A stretch of 64,000 nucleotides of DNA, from contig OZ251459.1 in NCBI GenBank assembly GCA_965242525.1, positions 1,760,001-1,824,000 on the forward strand, read 5' to 3'. Source of the stretch: an uncultured Candidatus Binatia bacterium. GTDB taxonomy: Bacteria; Desulfobacterota; Binatia; UBA9968; JAJDTQ01. The translations under genes were made by a program, and so were the position numbers. Below the pieces are notes generated by a model that searched no databases, had not been told where the DNA came from, and saw only the letters and a list, made by a program, of their open reading frames with translations. Below are positions 16,955-26,242 of the stretch, in pieces; position 1 is the first letter of the stretch; every line of letters starts with the position of its first letter.

Positions 16955-19207
16955 TTGGCCTATCGAACCGTCGGAAAGCCCCTGCCCCGCATCGAAGGCG
17001 CGGACAAGGTGACGGGCGCCACCCGGTACGCCGCGGACCTGCCCATACCCGAATCCCTGTACGCCAAGGTCCTTCGCAGCCCGTGGCCCCACGCCCGCCT
17101 GCGCAGCGTGGACACGGCCGGGGCCCGGGCGCTGCCGGGCGTCCACGCGGTGCTCACCGGCGCGGACCTGCCCCATGTGCGGGTGGGGCTGCGCATGAAG
17201 GACATGCCCGTGCTGGCCGTGGACAAGGTGCGGTTCGTGGGCGACCCGGTGGCCGCGGTGGCCGCGGACACGCCCGAGGCCGCCGAGGCGGCGCTCCGGC
17301 TCATCGAGGCGGACTACGAGCAACTCCCCGGGGTCTTCGATCCGCTGGAGGCCGTCGAGCCCGGCGCCGCGGCGCTGCACGACGCCCCCCGGGCTTACAG
17401 GAACGCTCCGCCGTTGCCCGAAGGCGTTCCCGACCACCGGCCCAACGTGCAGTCCCACAACGTGTGGCGGAACGGCGACCTGGAAGCCGGCTTCGGAGAC
17501 GCGGACAGGGTCTTCGAGAACGCCTTCGCCACGCAACTGGCCCACCACGGCTACCTGGAGCCCCACGCCTGCACGGTGGCGGTGGACGCCTCGGGCAACG
17601 TGGAGGTGTGGGCCTCCAACAAGGGGCCCTTCGCGCTCAAGAACCGCTTGGCCCAGGACCTGGGCATCGATCCCGGGAAGGTCAAGGTGCACATCCTCCC
17701 GGTGGGCGGCGACTTCGGCGGCAAGGCTTCGATGATCGACACGCCGGTGTGCTACTTCCTGGCCAAGCGCACGGGCAGGCCGGTGCGCATGGTCCTCACC
17801 TACACCGAGGAGATCGCCACGGCCGCGCACCGGCATCCGGCCGTGGTCACGCTGCGCACCGGGGTCAGGAAGGACGGGACCCTCACGGCCATGGACGCCA
17901 GGGTCACGTTCGCGGGCGGGGCCTACGCGGCGTGGAAGGCCAACCCCGAGATCACGGTGCTGGGGGCCCGGCGGCTGGCCAGCTACTACCGGGTGCCCGC
18001 CATCCGCATCGAGACCGTCTGCGCCTACACCAACCAGGTTCCGTGCACCCAGACCCGCACTCCGGGGAGCCCGCAGATCGTCTTCGCCGTAGAGTCGCAA
18101 ATGGGACTCATGGCCCGGGAGATGGGCATCGATCCGGCAGAGTTCCGGCTCCGCAACCTGCTGGACCCGGGCGACGCCTCGCCGCTGGGCGCCCGGTGGG
18201 ACGGCATCCTGGCCAAGGAGACCCTGGAGAAGGCAGTGGAGGCGTCCGGCTGGCGTCAGCGCCCCCCGGGCGCCAACCGGGGCCGCGGCATCGCCCTCTA
18301 CGAACGGGGCGCCGGCGGCGGCAACGCCCATGCGGCCATCGAGCTGGACGAAGACGGCGCGGTCACGGTCCTGGTGGGGGTCCCGGACGTGGGGCCCGGA
18401 ATCCACACCGCCATCGCGCAGATCGTGAGCGAGACCCTGGGCGTCGGGCCGGAAAGCGTGCGCATCCGGGTGGAAGACACCGACAACTCGCCCTGGGACC
18501 CGGGCACCGGCGGCAGCAAGTCCACCAACACCACCGGACACGCGGCCCACAAGGCGGCCCGGGAGGTGCACGAGAAGCTCGTGGAGTGCGCCGCCCGGAG
18601 CCTCGGTTGCGACCCCCGCCAAGTGGGGCGCGTGGACGGGCGCTTCGCCGCCCCCGAGGGACGCGAGCTGTCGTTCACGGAGGCGGCGCGCGCCGCGGTG
18701 GCCGAGGCCGGCGGCTCGTTCCGGCACGAGACGGTGTTCGAGCCCGAGAGCCAACCCCCCGTCACCTCCTTCGCGGCGCAGGTGGCGGAGGTGGAAGTGG
18801 ATCCGGAAACGGGGCAGGTACGGGTCACCCGGCTCACCACCGCCCACGACTCCGGCAAGATCCTCAACCACCTGACCTACCAGGGCCAGATCGACGGCGG
18901 CGTGGTCAACGGCGTGGGCTTCGCGCTGATGGAGGACAACCCCATGGCCGACGGCCGCATCACCACACTGAACCTCGGGGACTTCAAGCTGCCGTGCGCC
19001 AAGGACATCCCCAGGCTCGACACCGTGTTCGTGGAGCAGGGCCAGGGACCCGTGCCGTTCCAGGGAAAGGCCATCGGCGAACTTCCCAACGTGCCCACTG
19101 CCGCGGCCATCGCCAACGCCGTGGCCGACGCCGTGGGCGTTCGGGTCCACGACCTGCCGCTCACCGCGGAGAAAGTCTATTCGCGCCTGCGCGAGTCCCG
19201 GGAATGA
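16955..19207 (+). CDS. Xanthine dehydrogenase/CoxL-family molybdopterin-binding subunit
   Basis: KVTGATRYAADL, LRSPWPHA, HGYLEPH, VGGDFGGK, GQIDGG, KAIGE; GGAGGTG RBS with TTG start. Confidence 0.93.
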   Translation: MAYRTVGKPLPRIEGADKVTGATRYAADLPIPESLYAKVLRSPWPHARLRSVDTAGARALPGVHAVLTGADLPHVRVGLRMKDMPVLAVDKVRFVGDPVAAVAADTPEAAEAALRLIEADYEQLPGVFDPLEAVEPGAAALHDAPRAYRNAPPLPEGVPDHRPNVQSHNVWRNGDLEAGFGDADRVFENAFATQLAHHGYLEPHACTVAVDASGNVEVWASNKGPFALKNRLAQDLGIDPGKVKVHILPVGGDFGGKASMIDTPVCYFLAKRTGRPVRMVLTYTEEIATAAHRHPAVVTLRTGVRKDGTLTAMDARVTFAGGAYAAWKANPEITVLGARRLASYYRVPAIRIETVCAYTNQVPCTQTRTPGSPQIVFAVESQMGLMAREMGIDPAEFRLRNLLDPGDASPLGARWDGILAKETLEKAVEASGWRQRPPGANRGRGIALYERGAGGGNAHAAIELDEDGAVTVLVGVPDVGPGIHTAIAQIVSETLGVGPESVRIRVEDTDNSPWDPGTGGSKSTNTTGHAAHKAAREVHEKLVECAARSLGCDPRQVGRVDGRFAAPEGRELSFTEAARAAVAEAGGSFRHETVFEPESQPPVTSFAAQVAEVEVDPETGQVRVTRLTTAHDSGKILNHLTYQGQIDGGVVNGVGFALMEDNPMADGRITTLNLGDFKLPCAKDIPRLDTVFVEQGQGPVPFQGKAIGELPNVPTAAAIANAVADAVGVRVHDLPLTAEKVYSRLRESRE

Positions 19208-19262
19208 GTCCCGGGGTCCGGACCGGCTGCTGACCTTCACCGCCGCCCAAAGGAGGTTCCAC

Positions 19263-20513
19263 ATGGTACGGTACGCGTCCAAGCTCACCTACGGCAACGA
19301 GGTCTCGGACTGGCAGGAGCGGCTGAACACGGACCGCATGCGCCGGGAGCGGGCCGAACGGGCCCGGAGGATCATGCGCGAGCACGGCATCCCCGCGCTG
19401 CTGGAGGCCAACTCCGCCAACATCCGCTACCTCACAGGGCTCAAGGGCTTCAATTACCCCATGTGCCGTTACACCCTCTTCTTCGCCGACCACGACCCGA
19501 TCATGTACGAGCACAGCGGCCACTTCCACCAGATGCCGGACCAGGCGCCGTGGATCACGGAATGGCGGCCGGCGAGGTCCTGGCTGACCGCGGCCTGCGG
19601 CATCGAGGCGGCCAGGGACGAAGCCCGGCAGTTCGCCGCGGACATCCGCGGCGAACTCGAGAGCCGAGGGCTGCTGGACGAGAAGGTCGGCTTCAGCGCC
19701 TTCGACGGCATTGCCCGCGAGGCCCTCGTCAACGCCGGGGTCAGGAACCTGGTGGACTTCGGCTTGGTGATGAAGGAGATCCGCAAGGTCAAGACGCACG
19801 ACGAGATCGAGTGCCTCAAGACCGCGGCGGCCATCGTCGAGGGCGTGTGGTACCGCATCTGGGAGAGCGCCAAGCCCGGGGTCCGGGACACCGAGCTCTC
19901 GGGGGTCGCCACCAAGGCCGGCTACGACATGGGGGCGGAGTCGGCGCCGCCCGGAGGCTGGCGCTCCGGACCCACCACCTTCGACCGGGGCTTCCACCAG
20001 TCCAGCCGTCTCCTGCAGACGGGCGACCTGCTCTACGGCTCCCTGTGCGGGTTGACCTACCAGGGCTACGCCACCTGCACCTACCGGACGTTCATCGTGG
20101 GCAGGAAACCCACCGCCAGGGAGCAGGACTGGTACAAGCGGGTGAAGGACAGCATCGACGGCGTCATCGACAGCATCAAGCCCGGCAGGACCACCGCGGA
20201 CGCGGCCAAGCACTTCCCGCCGGCGTCGAGCTGGGGCTACGAGGAGGAATGCGAGGTGCTGGCCAGCGAGATCGGCCACGGCATCGGCCTCACCCAGGGA
20301 AGCACCAACTACGACATCCCCATCATCAACCGCCAGTGGTCACTCAAGTATCCGCAGGTGTTCGAGGAAGGCATGACCATCGCCATCGAAAGCCGCGAAG
20401 GCGAGACCCGCGTGGGCGGCGTGCGGCTGGAGAACATGGTGGTGGTGACCCGGGACGGCGCCGAGATCATGGACCACTTTCCCCGGGAAGAGATCCTCGT
20501 GGCGCCGCGCTGA
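19263..20513 (+). CDS. M24 (pita-bread fold) hydrolase, creatinase/Xaa-Pro peptidase-like
   Basis: NIRYLTG, RKVKTHDEI, GHGIG, GMTIAIE, GGVRLEN; AGGAGG RBS. Confidence 0.88.
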   Translation: MVRYASKLTYGNEVSDWQERLNTDRMRRERAERARRIMREHGIPALLEANSANIRYLTGLKGFNYPMCRYTLFFADHDPIMYEHSGHFHQMPDQAPWITEWRPARSWLTAACGIEAARDEARQFAADIRGELESRGLLDEKVGFSAFDGIAREALVNAGVRNLVDFGLVMKEIRKVKTHDEIECLKTAAAIVEGVWYRIWESAKPGVRDTELSGVATKAGYDMGAESAPPGGWRSGPTTFDRGFHQSSRLLQTGDLLYGSLCGLTYQGYATCTYRTFIVGRKPTAREQDWYKRVKDSIDGVIDSIKPGRTTADAAKHFPPASSWGYEEECEVLASEIGHGIGLTQGSTNYDIPIINRQWSLKYPQVFEEGMTIAIESREGETRVGGVRLENMVVVTRDGAEIMDHFPREEILVAPR

Positions 20514-20609
20514 CGCGGGCAGGAACCCCCGCTCCCGGGAAGGCAGCGCCCGAGCGGCTCCGGAGGCGCGTAACCGGGAGCGGCCCGGGCCGCGCGCTTT
20601 CCGAGGGCC

Positions 20610-23297
20610 TCAATCCACGATGGAATTGACCGCGGCCGCGGTAACGGAGAGACTCTGGATGAGTTGGGCAGCCAGTGTCCAGACTCGTACGGGTTCGACG
20701 TACTCCGCGTCCAGGGGCACGACGATGCTGTCGCCCGGCCGAATCGCCGCAGTCACGTTGCTCCGGTAGAAGAACCGGGAGGCCGTGTCCTCGGCCACCA
20801 CCCCGCCGCTGGCCCGAAGGACGTAGATCCGGGGCACGTCGGCCTTGTCCGTCGTTCCTCCGGACAACCGGATGTAGTCATCGCGGTCCAGGTCCGGGTC
20901 GTACAGATGCGCCGCGGCGCGTTGCACCTCGCCAAGCACGGAGACCTCCTGGGGGATCTCCGGAACGAGGAGGTGGTCCCCGTGTTGCATGACGACGTCC
21001 TTTTCGCTGTCGCCTGCGACGATGGCCGGCAGATCGATGACCAACCGGCCCGTGGCCCTGGTGTTGCGGAGTCGGTTCAGCAACGTCTGGCCCGTTGCGA
21101 GCCGTTGGGACCCCTCCTCGCTGCCGATGGCGACCGAAGCCAGATCCCTCTCGAAGCGGTCGGCGAGTTGTCGGATGTTTTCCTGTTCCCGCCGCTGGAG
21201 TTCCGTGCGCAAGAATATGGCTCCCTGAGCAAAGGCGTCGTCCGTGAGGCCGCCGGCCCGCTGCAACAGTCGGGATAGGCGTTCGCCCCTGACTATGGAA
21301 TAGTTGCCCGGGAAACGCACTCGGCCCGACACCACCACGGTGCGCCTTTCGGCTGCCGAGCGTCTCTTGACGTAGAGTTGATCCAACGGTTCGATCTGGA
21401 TGTCGGCTGCCGGATCACCCGCGAGGACGCCCGCCAGATCAACCGGGACGGTATTCCATATGCGTTCGTTTCCAACGAGCGAATAGCGCAACAACTCCGC
21501 CTCGGTCCTGTAGGCGACGCGGTTGAGCCCTCCGCCGGCTCGGATGAGGTCGCTGACGCGCATCCCTTTCACGACCGGATAAGTGCCCTGGATCCGCACA
21601 CCCCCCCCCACGGTGACCGCCCGATCCCTTTCGATCAGATCGCGAACTATCTCTTCCCTGGACACTCCTCTGCGGAACACGTAAACGGTATCCCGCGGAA
21701 GCAGCGTCACGTCGGCTGCCGTCCGGGGCTTTCTCCACGCCGCCTCGAGGTTCGGGGAAAGCAGTTCGATCCGGGCATTGGGCTGGATCTCCCTGCGGAC
21801 GAGCAGGTAGCGCAGGTCGGACCGGGGTTTCAATGCGGCAGCGTCTGGCAACAGGTCCGTCAGCCACATGCCCGGCACCCACCCGAAGAGACCCGCCTGC
21901 TGTACATGGCCGGACAGCCGTACCGAGCGGTGCAGCTTGTCGAGCTTCACGGGAACCTGTACGATGTCTCCGCTCCTCATCGCTTCCCTGCCGACTCCGT
22001 CCCATCCGACTTCCCGCACCGAACTGCCCTGCGGCTCCACGCGCGTCACCCTGACCCCGGCGGCGCTCGCCGTCGCCAGACGACCCCCGGCCAGCGCGAT
22101 CAGGTCGGCCACCGTGGCCTCGCCTCGAACTTCGTAGATGGCAGGCCGCTTCACCTCGCCGTACACCGCCACGGTGTCTCCCACCGGCGGCACGAAGACC
22201 ACGTCGCCCTGCTGAACCCGCACGTCGCCTCGGTTGTCTCCGTGCAGCAGGAAGTCATAGAGGTCGAGTCTCGAAACCACGCGTCCGCCCCGCTTGACCT
22301 CGATCCGCCTGAGGGAGCCGGTCTCCTTGACTCCGCGGGCGGCCAGGAGCGCGTTGACCACAGTGGAAAATCCGCTCACCAGATGGCGCCCGGGGCGCTC
22401 CACGTCACCGAGGACGAAGACGTTGATGGACCGCAGCGGGCCCAAGGTCACGCTGACACGCACTCCGATTAGCTGCTTCGCGACCCGGAGCGCGACTTCC
22501 CTCCTCAACGATTCCAAACTCAGGCCCGCCACGGAGATAGACCCGAGCTCGGGAAAGTTGAGGACGCCGTCGCGGTTCACCACCAGTCGATACGCCGCGT
22601 TCGTGTTGCCGAAGAGATTCAAGTCGATGCTGTCTCCCGGACCGATGATGTAGCCCACCGGCACCGAGACGTTTATGTATTCGCTCCTGCGTGCGTTTCG
22701 AAAGAAGTCGTAACCGAACTTCTCCAGAGCGTCCACGCCCACAGGATCGAGCGGCAACAACGTCAAAGAGACCTGGAAACCCGCAAGGGCAGGCTCTGCA
22801 CGGAGCCTGACGTTGGCCTGTGCGACGTCGAGCCCCGCCAGACGAATGGGCAAAATGCCCGGAAGGTGGAGGAAACCCGAATCGTCGAGCCGATAGGGGT
22901 TCCCCGCTCGCAACGACGCCAGCATCAAGCTCGATGAGGGGGCGCCGGCGGCGAAATCGAGGACGACCGTTGCGCGGGGCTCCAACCGGGGGGCTTGGGG
23001 GGCTTGGGGGGCTTGGGGGGCTTGGGGGGCTTGGGGGGCTTGGGGGGCTTGGGGGGCTTGGGGGGCTTGGGGGGCTTGGGGGGCTTGGGGGGCTTGGGGG
23101 GCTTGGGGGGCTTGGGGGGCTTGGGGGGCTTTTCCCAACTCATTCAGAATCCGCTGCCGCACCGACTCCGGCTGAGACTCGATCAGCTTGCGTATCGTTC
23201 CTGGAAGCCCTTGAGCCCTCGCCGCGGCAACGTCGCACGCGATCATCGCGAGAATCAACGCCAACGGCCAACCCACCCGTGGTCGCAGCATGCTCAT
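20610..23297 (-). CDS. Multi-SLBB polysaccharide export protein (KpsD/WbfF/OtnA-like)
   Basis: Signal peptide, FGYDFF, YIIGPGD, repeated VxVxGEVxRPxxY SLBB modules, IRPGDSIVVP. Confidence 0.9.
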   Translation of the reverse strand: MSMLRPRVGWPLALILAMIACDVAAARAQGLPGTIRKLIESQPESVRQRILNELGKAPQAPQAPQAPQAPQAPQAPQAPQAPQAPQAPQAPQAPQAPQAPQAPRLEPRATVVLDFAAGAPSSSLMLASLRAGNPYRLDDSGFLHLPGILPIRLAGLDVAQANVRLRAEPALAGFQVSLTLLPLDPVGVDALEKFGYDFFRNARRSEYINVSVPVGYIIGPGDSIDLNLFGNTNAAYRLVVNRDGVLNFPELGSISVAGLSLESLRREVALRVAKQLIGVRVSVTLGPLRSINVFVLGDVERPGRHLVSGFSTVVNALLAARGVKETGSLRRIEVKRGGRVVSRLDLYDFLLHGDNRGDVRVQQGDVVFVPPVGDTVAVYGEVKRPAIYEVRGEATVADLIALAGGRLATASAAGVRVTRVEPQGSSVREVGWDGVGREAMRSGDIVQVPVKLDKLHRSVRLSGHVQQAGLFGWVPGMWLTDLLPDAAALKPRSDLRYLLVRREIQPNARIELLSPNLEAAWRKPRTAADVTLLPRDTVYVFRRGVSREEIVRDLIERDRAVTVGGGVRIQGTYPVVKGMRVSDLIRAGGGLNRVAYRTEAELLRYSLVGNERIWNTVPVDLAGVLAGDPAADIQIEPLDQLYVKRRSAAERRTVVVSGRVRFPGNYSIVRGERLSRLLQRAGGLTDDAFAQGAIFLRTELQRREQENIRQLADRFERDLASVAIGSEEGSQRLATGQTLLNRLRNTRATGRLVIDLPAIVAGDSEKDVVMQHGDHLLVPEIPQEVSVLGEVQRAAAHLYDPDLDRDDYIRLSGGTTDKADVPRIYVLRASGGVVAEDTASRFFYRSNVTAAIRPGDSIVVPLDAEYVEPVRVWTLAAQLIQSLSVTAAAVNSIVD
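22988..23131. repeat. Perfect tandem repeat (GGGGGGCTT)x16, encoding an (APQ)n run in the SLBB protein
   Basis: Counted directly: 144 bp. Confidence 0.97.
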
Positions 23298-23334
23298 GGA
23301 TTCCGTCTCCTTCCCTCTACTCCCTCTGAACCCG

Positions 23335-24807
23335 TCAGAAGTCCCGCCGCCAGCGGAAGTAGCCCCGCACATCCGTCCGCGTGCGCCCGGTATCCAGACG
23401 AAGCAGGTCGAAGCCCCCTCCCCACTCGAAGCGGCCCCAGCGGGTATCGCGCCGGTGGAACACCTCCAGGTTCGTCAACCCCGTCGAACCGTCCAGCACC
23501 GGCTGTGTCCCGCGGCCTCGGTTCAACCTGGCATGGCGCAACACGCCGCCCCATTCCCGGCCTCGTCGGGTGACCACGAGGCCGCCGAGGGAAACGCCGC
23601 GGGCATCGCCCCCGAAAGAAGATCCGATGCTCCGGCCCCGGTGGCGATACCCCGTCCGGTAAACCGAGTGACCATAGGCGCAGCCGAACTTCTCGTTGCC
23701 CGCGAAGTTGCACGCGGTATCGGTGGCCTCGGCGAAGACCAGGAGGCCGTTGCCGCCCCACCGGCCCAGGTACTCGACCCCCACCAACCCCAGCCATCCG
23801 CCCCGCCGCCCGCCACCGGACCCGTGCCCTGCCGCGGCCTGCCCGTAGATGGCGTGCGGGAAGAAAGAGTAGCCGGACCGCGGCGCATAGCGAACGCTCA
23901 CGCCCGTCAACCGGTTGCCGACCTCGCCCTCGGGCGCGTCTGCTCCTGCGCCGTCCCTCCCCGTGAAGAGGTTTCCCAACGTACCCAGGTCGCAGGGACG
24001 GCCGCGGCCGCACCACACCGCGGTGCGCTCCAGGCCGACCTCGAGTCCCGGCAACGGCTTGAAGTCCAACTGCCAGCCAAGGAAGAGGGCGTTGGGAACC
24101 GCCCGGCCGCCTTCCAGCCGCCCCAGCATGACGCTCGTGCTCCAAGGGCCCAGCCAACGCAGCCATCTCGTACCGAAAGGGTCGGGAAAATTGCGTTGCA
24201 CGGAGAGCGCCGGTATCGGACGCGCGTTGTTGGACAGGACCAAGCTGCCGTCCCAACCCGGACCCCACCAGCGGTCCACGGCGCCCACGGCGACCATCCA
24301 GTTGCCCAGGGCGAGGGCGAGATAGGAACCGTCCCCGCGGACCTTGCCGTCGTCCGCCGACCCGCCTCTGGCGGCGGCAATCGCCAATCGTCCGGCCGCG
24401 TATTCGTCGATCCAATCGACCTTGACCCTGGTCTCCACGGTGCTGCGCGGCGTGTCGAGGAAATTCCTCACGCGCATGGGGCTCGCCATGACCGAAAGCT
24501 CGCTCTCGGTCGTCAACTCCCGCACCCGCGTCTCGTACCCGACCTGCCACCTGACCCGAGCCAGCGCCGCGGACTCGGCCTCGCTCAAGCCGGCCCTGTC
24601 CTCGAAGTTCGTGACGTCCCGAGCCACGCTTCCCCAGGGTATGGGCCATGCCATCATGGGCGCGGAAACCACGCCCGCGTCCGCCAGGAGCCGCAGGTCG
24701 TACCGGAGCGCCCAGTCCCCGGGGCCGATCCATGGACCGGCCCCGGCCGCGCTCCAGGACAGGGCGCCCGTCACAACCAGCCCGAATATCGCGAGCGTCC
24801 GAATCAC
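23335..24807 (-). CDS. wzi: Capsule assembly Wzi family outer-membrane protein
   Basis: PWIGPGD.LRYDL.LLADAG..WPIPW, RWWGPGWDGSLVLSNNARP, C-terminal F; GTG start approximate. Confidence 0.88.
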   Translation of the reverse strand: MIRTLAIFGLVVTGALSWSAAGAGPWIGPGDWALRYDLRLLADAGVVSAPMMAWPIPWGSVARDVTNFEDRAGLSEAESAALARVRWQVGYETRVRELTTESELSVMASPMRVRNFLDTPRSTVETRVKVDWIDEYAAGRLAIAAARGGSADDGKVRGDGSYLALALGNWMVAVGAVDRWWGPGWDGSLVLSNNARPIPALSVQRNFPDPFGTRWLRWLGPWSTSVMLGRLEGGRAVPNALFLGWQLDFKPLPGLEVGLERTAVWCGRGRPCDLGTLGNLFTGRDGAGADAPEGEVGNRLTGVSVRYAPRSGYSFFPHAIYGQAAAGHGSGGGRRGGWLGLVGVEYLGRWGGNGLLVFAEATDTACNFAGNEKFGCAYGHSVYRTGYRHRGRSIGSSFGGDARGVSLGGLVVTRRGREWGGVLRHARLNRGRGTQPVLDGSTGLTNLEVFHRRDTRWGRFEWGGGFDLLRLDTGRTRTDVRGYFRWRRDF

Positions 24808-24913
24808 GTGTTCGTTGACGATGGCTTGCCATCGGACAGGATAGCAAGCAACGGATAGCGTCGCAATGGCCGCAGTCCTGCACGGAAAACGCTGCCCGCG
24901 TCCTCGACCGTCC

Positions 24914-24942
24914 TTGACATGTGGAGCCGTTGGCGTTAACTG
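24914..24942 (+). promoter_or_regulatory. Possible sigma70 promoter for the wzz-led arm
   Basis: TTGACA-N16/17-TTAACT/TAACTG in the divergent intergenic region. Confidence 0.35.
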
Positions 24943-25051
24943 AAGTGGGAGCCTGTATGAACGGGGCCGACTCCCGTACGGGAACCCCATACTCACATAC
25001 GTGCGTCCGTCCTTTTCCTGAAGCTCGAAGCCTTGATCCGGTAGCCGCTCG

Positions 25052-26233
25052 ATGGCCGTTGCCAACTCATATTCCCTCAGCCTGGATTCGATCTTGCCGA
25101 ACGTCCTCCACTACTGGGACGTGTTCCGACGGGCAAAGTGGAGTATCCTGGGTTGGACGTTGATTTTCGCGCTGGTGGGGGTGGGCTTCGCCGTGAACAC
25201 CATCAACGTGTATGAGGCCACCGTTATCGTGGCGCCGGCTCAAAGGGACAACAGACTGAGGAGCCAGGACATTCCCGGCAGTCTGCTTGGCGGACTGGGC
25301 AGCAGGTTGTTGGAAGATCTGGCGGGGAGTCCCGCCAGGAACTCCCAGCAGGCATTGAGGACCTTGAAGTCCCGCGATTTCCTGACGCGTTTCGTGGAGA
25401 GGCGCCAACTCCTGCGGAAGATGTTCAAGCCCGTCGCTTTCGCCCGGGATGCTTCGGAACGGAAGGCCTTGCAACAGGATGCTTTGCGGGATATTCCCGC
25501 CTTCCAGTTAACCGCCAGGAAACTGTTAGGGACCTATGGAAGATTCAAGAGGCGCATCTACGGCAAGGTGGAAGAACTCACGCAGAAACTGTACAAGCCT
25601 GTCGCTTTCGACCGGGACCGGGATGACCGGGACCGGGATGACCGGGACCGGGATGACCGGGACCGGGATGACCGGAACCGGGATGACCGGAACCGGGATG
25701 ACCGGAACCGGGATGACCGGAAGATCCGGCGAAATTCCGTCCCCACCCTGGAGGACGCCCAACGGAAGATCAAAAGGCGCATTGCAATCGAAAGAAGACC
25801 GAGGGAAGGCCTGATCAGGGTGAAAGTTCGCTGGGAGGACCCTGTGTTCGCGGCCGAGTGGGCCAACGCCTTGATAGAAGATCTCAATTCCGCCCTTCGG
25901 GAGACGGCCATCACAGATGCCCGAAAGAGGATCGCGTATCTGAATCGGGAACTCGACAAGACCAGCGTCATACCTCTCCGGCAATCCATCTACCGGCTGA
26001 TCGAGTCCGAGGTCCGCTCCATCATGTTCGCGGAAACACGCATCGATTATGCGCTCAAGGTAATCGATTCCGCAGTGCCCTCCGAGCCGGACCAGCCCAT
26101 CCGGCCCAATCGCAGTAACATTATATGGACGACAGCACTCACGGGCTTCGGCATCGGAGCTTTTTGGGCCGTCTGGCGTGACTCCATCCGCATGCTGAGA
26201 GGGCTGGTCGAGGAGAGTCGGGCCGCCCGATAG
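25052..26233 (+). CDS. wzz: Wzz-like polysaccharide co-polymerase (chain-length regulator)
   Basis: Two TMs, YEATV, LKSRDFL, coiled coil, VIDSAVP..PIRPNR before the C-terminal TM; no kinase domain. Confidence 0.85.
   Translation: MAVANSYSLSLDSILPNVLHYWDVFRRAKWSILGWTLIFALVGVGFAVNTINVYEATVIVAPAQRDNRLRSQDIPGSLLGGLGSRLLEDLAGSPARNSQQALRTLKSRDFLTRFVERRQLLRKMFKPVAFARDASERKALQQDALRDIPAFQLTARKLLGTYGRFKRRIYGKVEELTQKLYKPVAFDRDRDDRDRDDRDRDDRDRDDRNRDDRNRDDRNRDDRKIRRNSVPTLEDAQRKIKRRIAIERRPREGLIRVKVRWEDPVFAAEWANALIEDLNSALRETAITDARKRIAYLNRELDKTSVIPLRQSIYRLIESEVRSIMFAETRIDYALKVIDSAVPSEPDQPIRPNRSNIIWTTALTGFGIGAFWAVWRDSIRMLRGLVEESRAAR
25616..25720 (+). repeat. Tandem repeat (RACCGGGATGACCGG)x7 encoding DRDDR x4 + NRDDR x3
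   Basis: Counted directly: 105 bp, in frame. Confidence 0.95.
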
Positions 26234-26242
26234 ACCGCCGCC

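Noticed and set aside
16955-19207. Aerobic CO dehydrogenase (coxL)
   Set aside because: Lacks the AYxCSFR motif and coxM/coxS
22925-23573. Collagen-like (GGL)n and (KPP)n ORFs
   Set aside because: Alternative readings of the 9-bp repeat inside the SLBB gene
25036-25050. ops/JUMPstart-like CGGTAGC upstream of wzz
   Set aside because: Only a partial match to GGCGGTAGCGT and no JUMPstart context or RfaH gene in view
25610-25720. Possible CRISPR array
   Set aside because: Head-to-tail units with no spacers, in frame in a CDS, no cas genes
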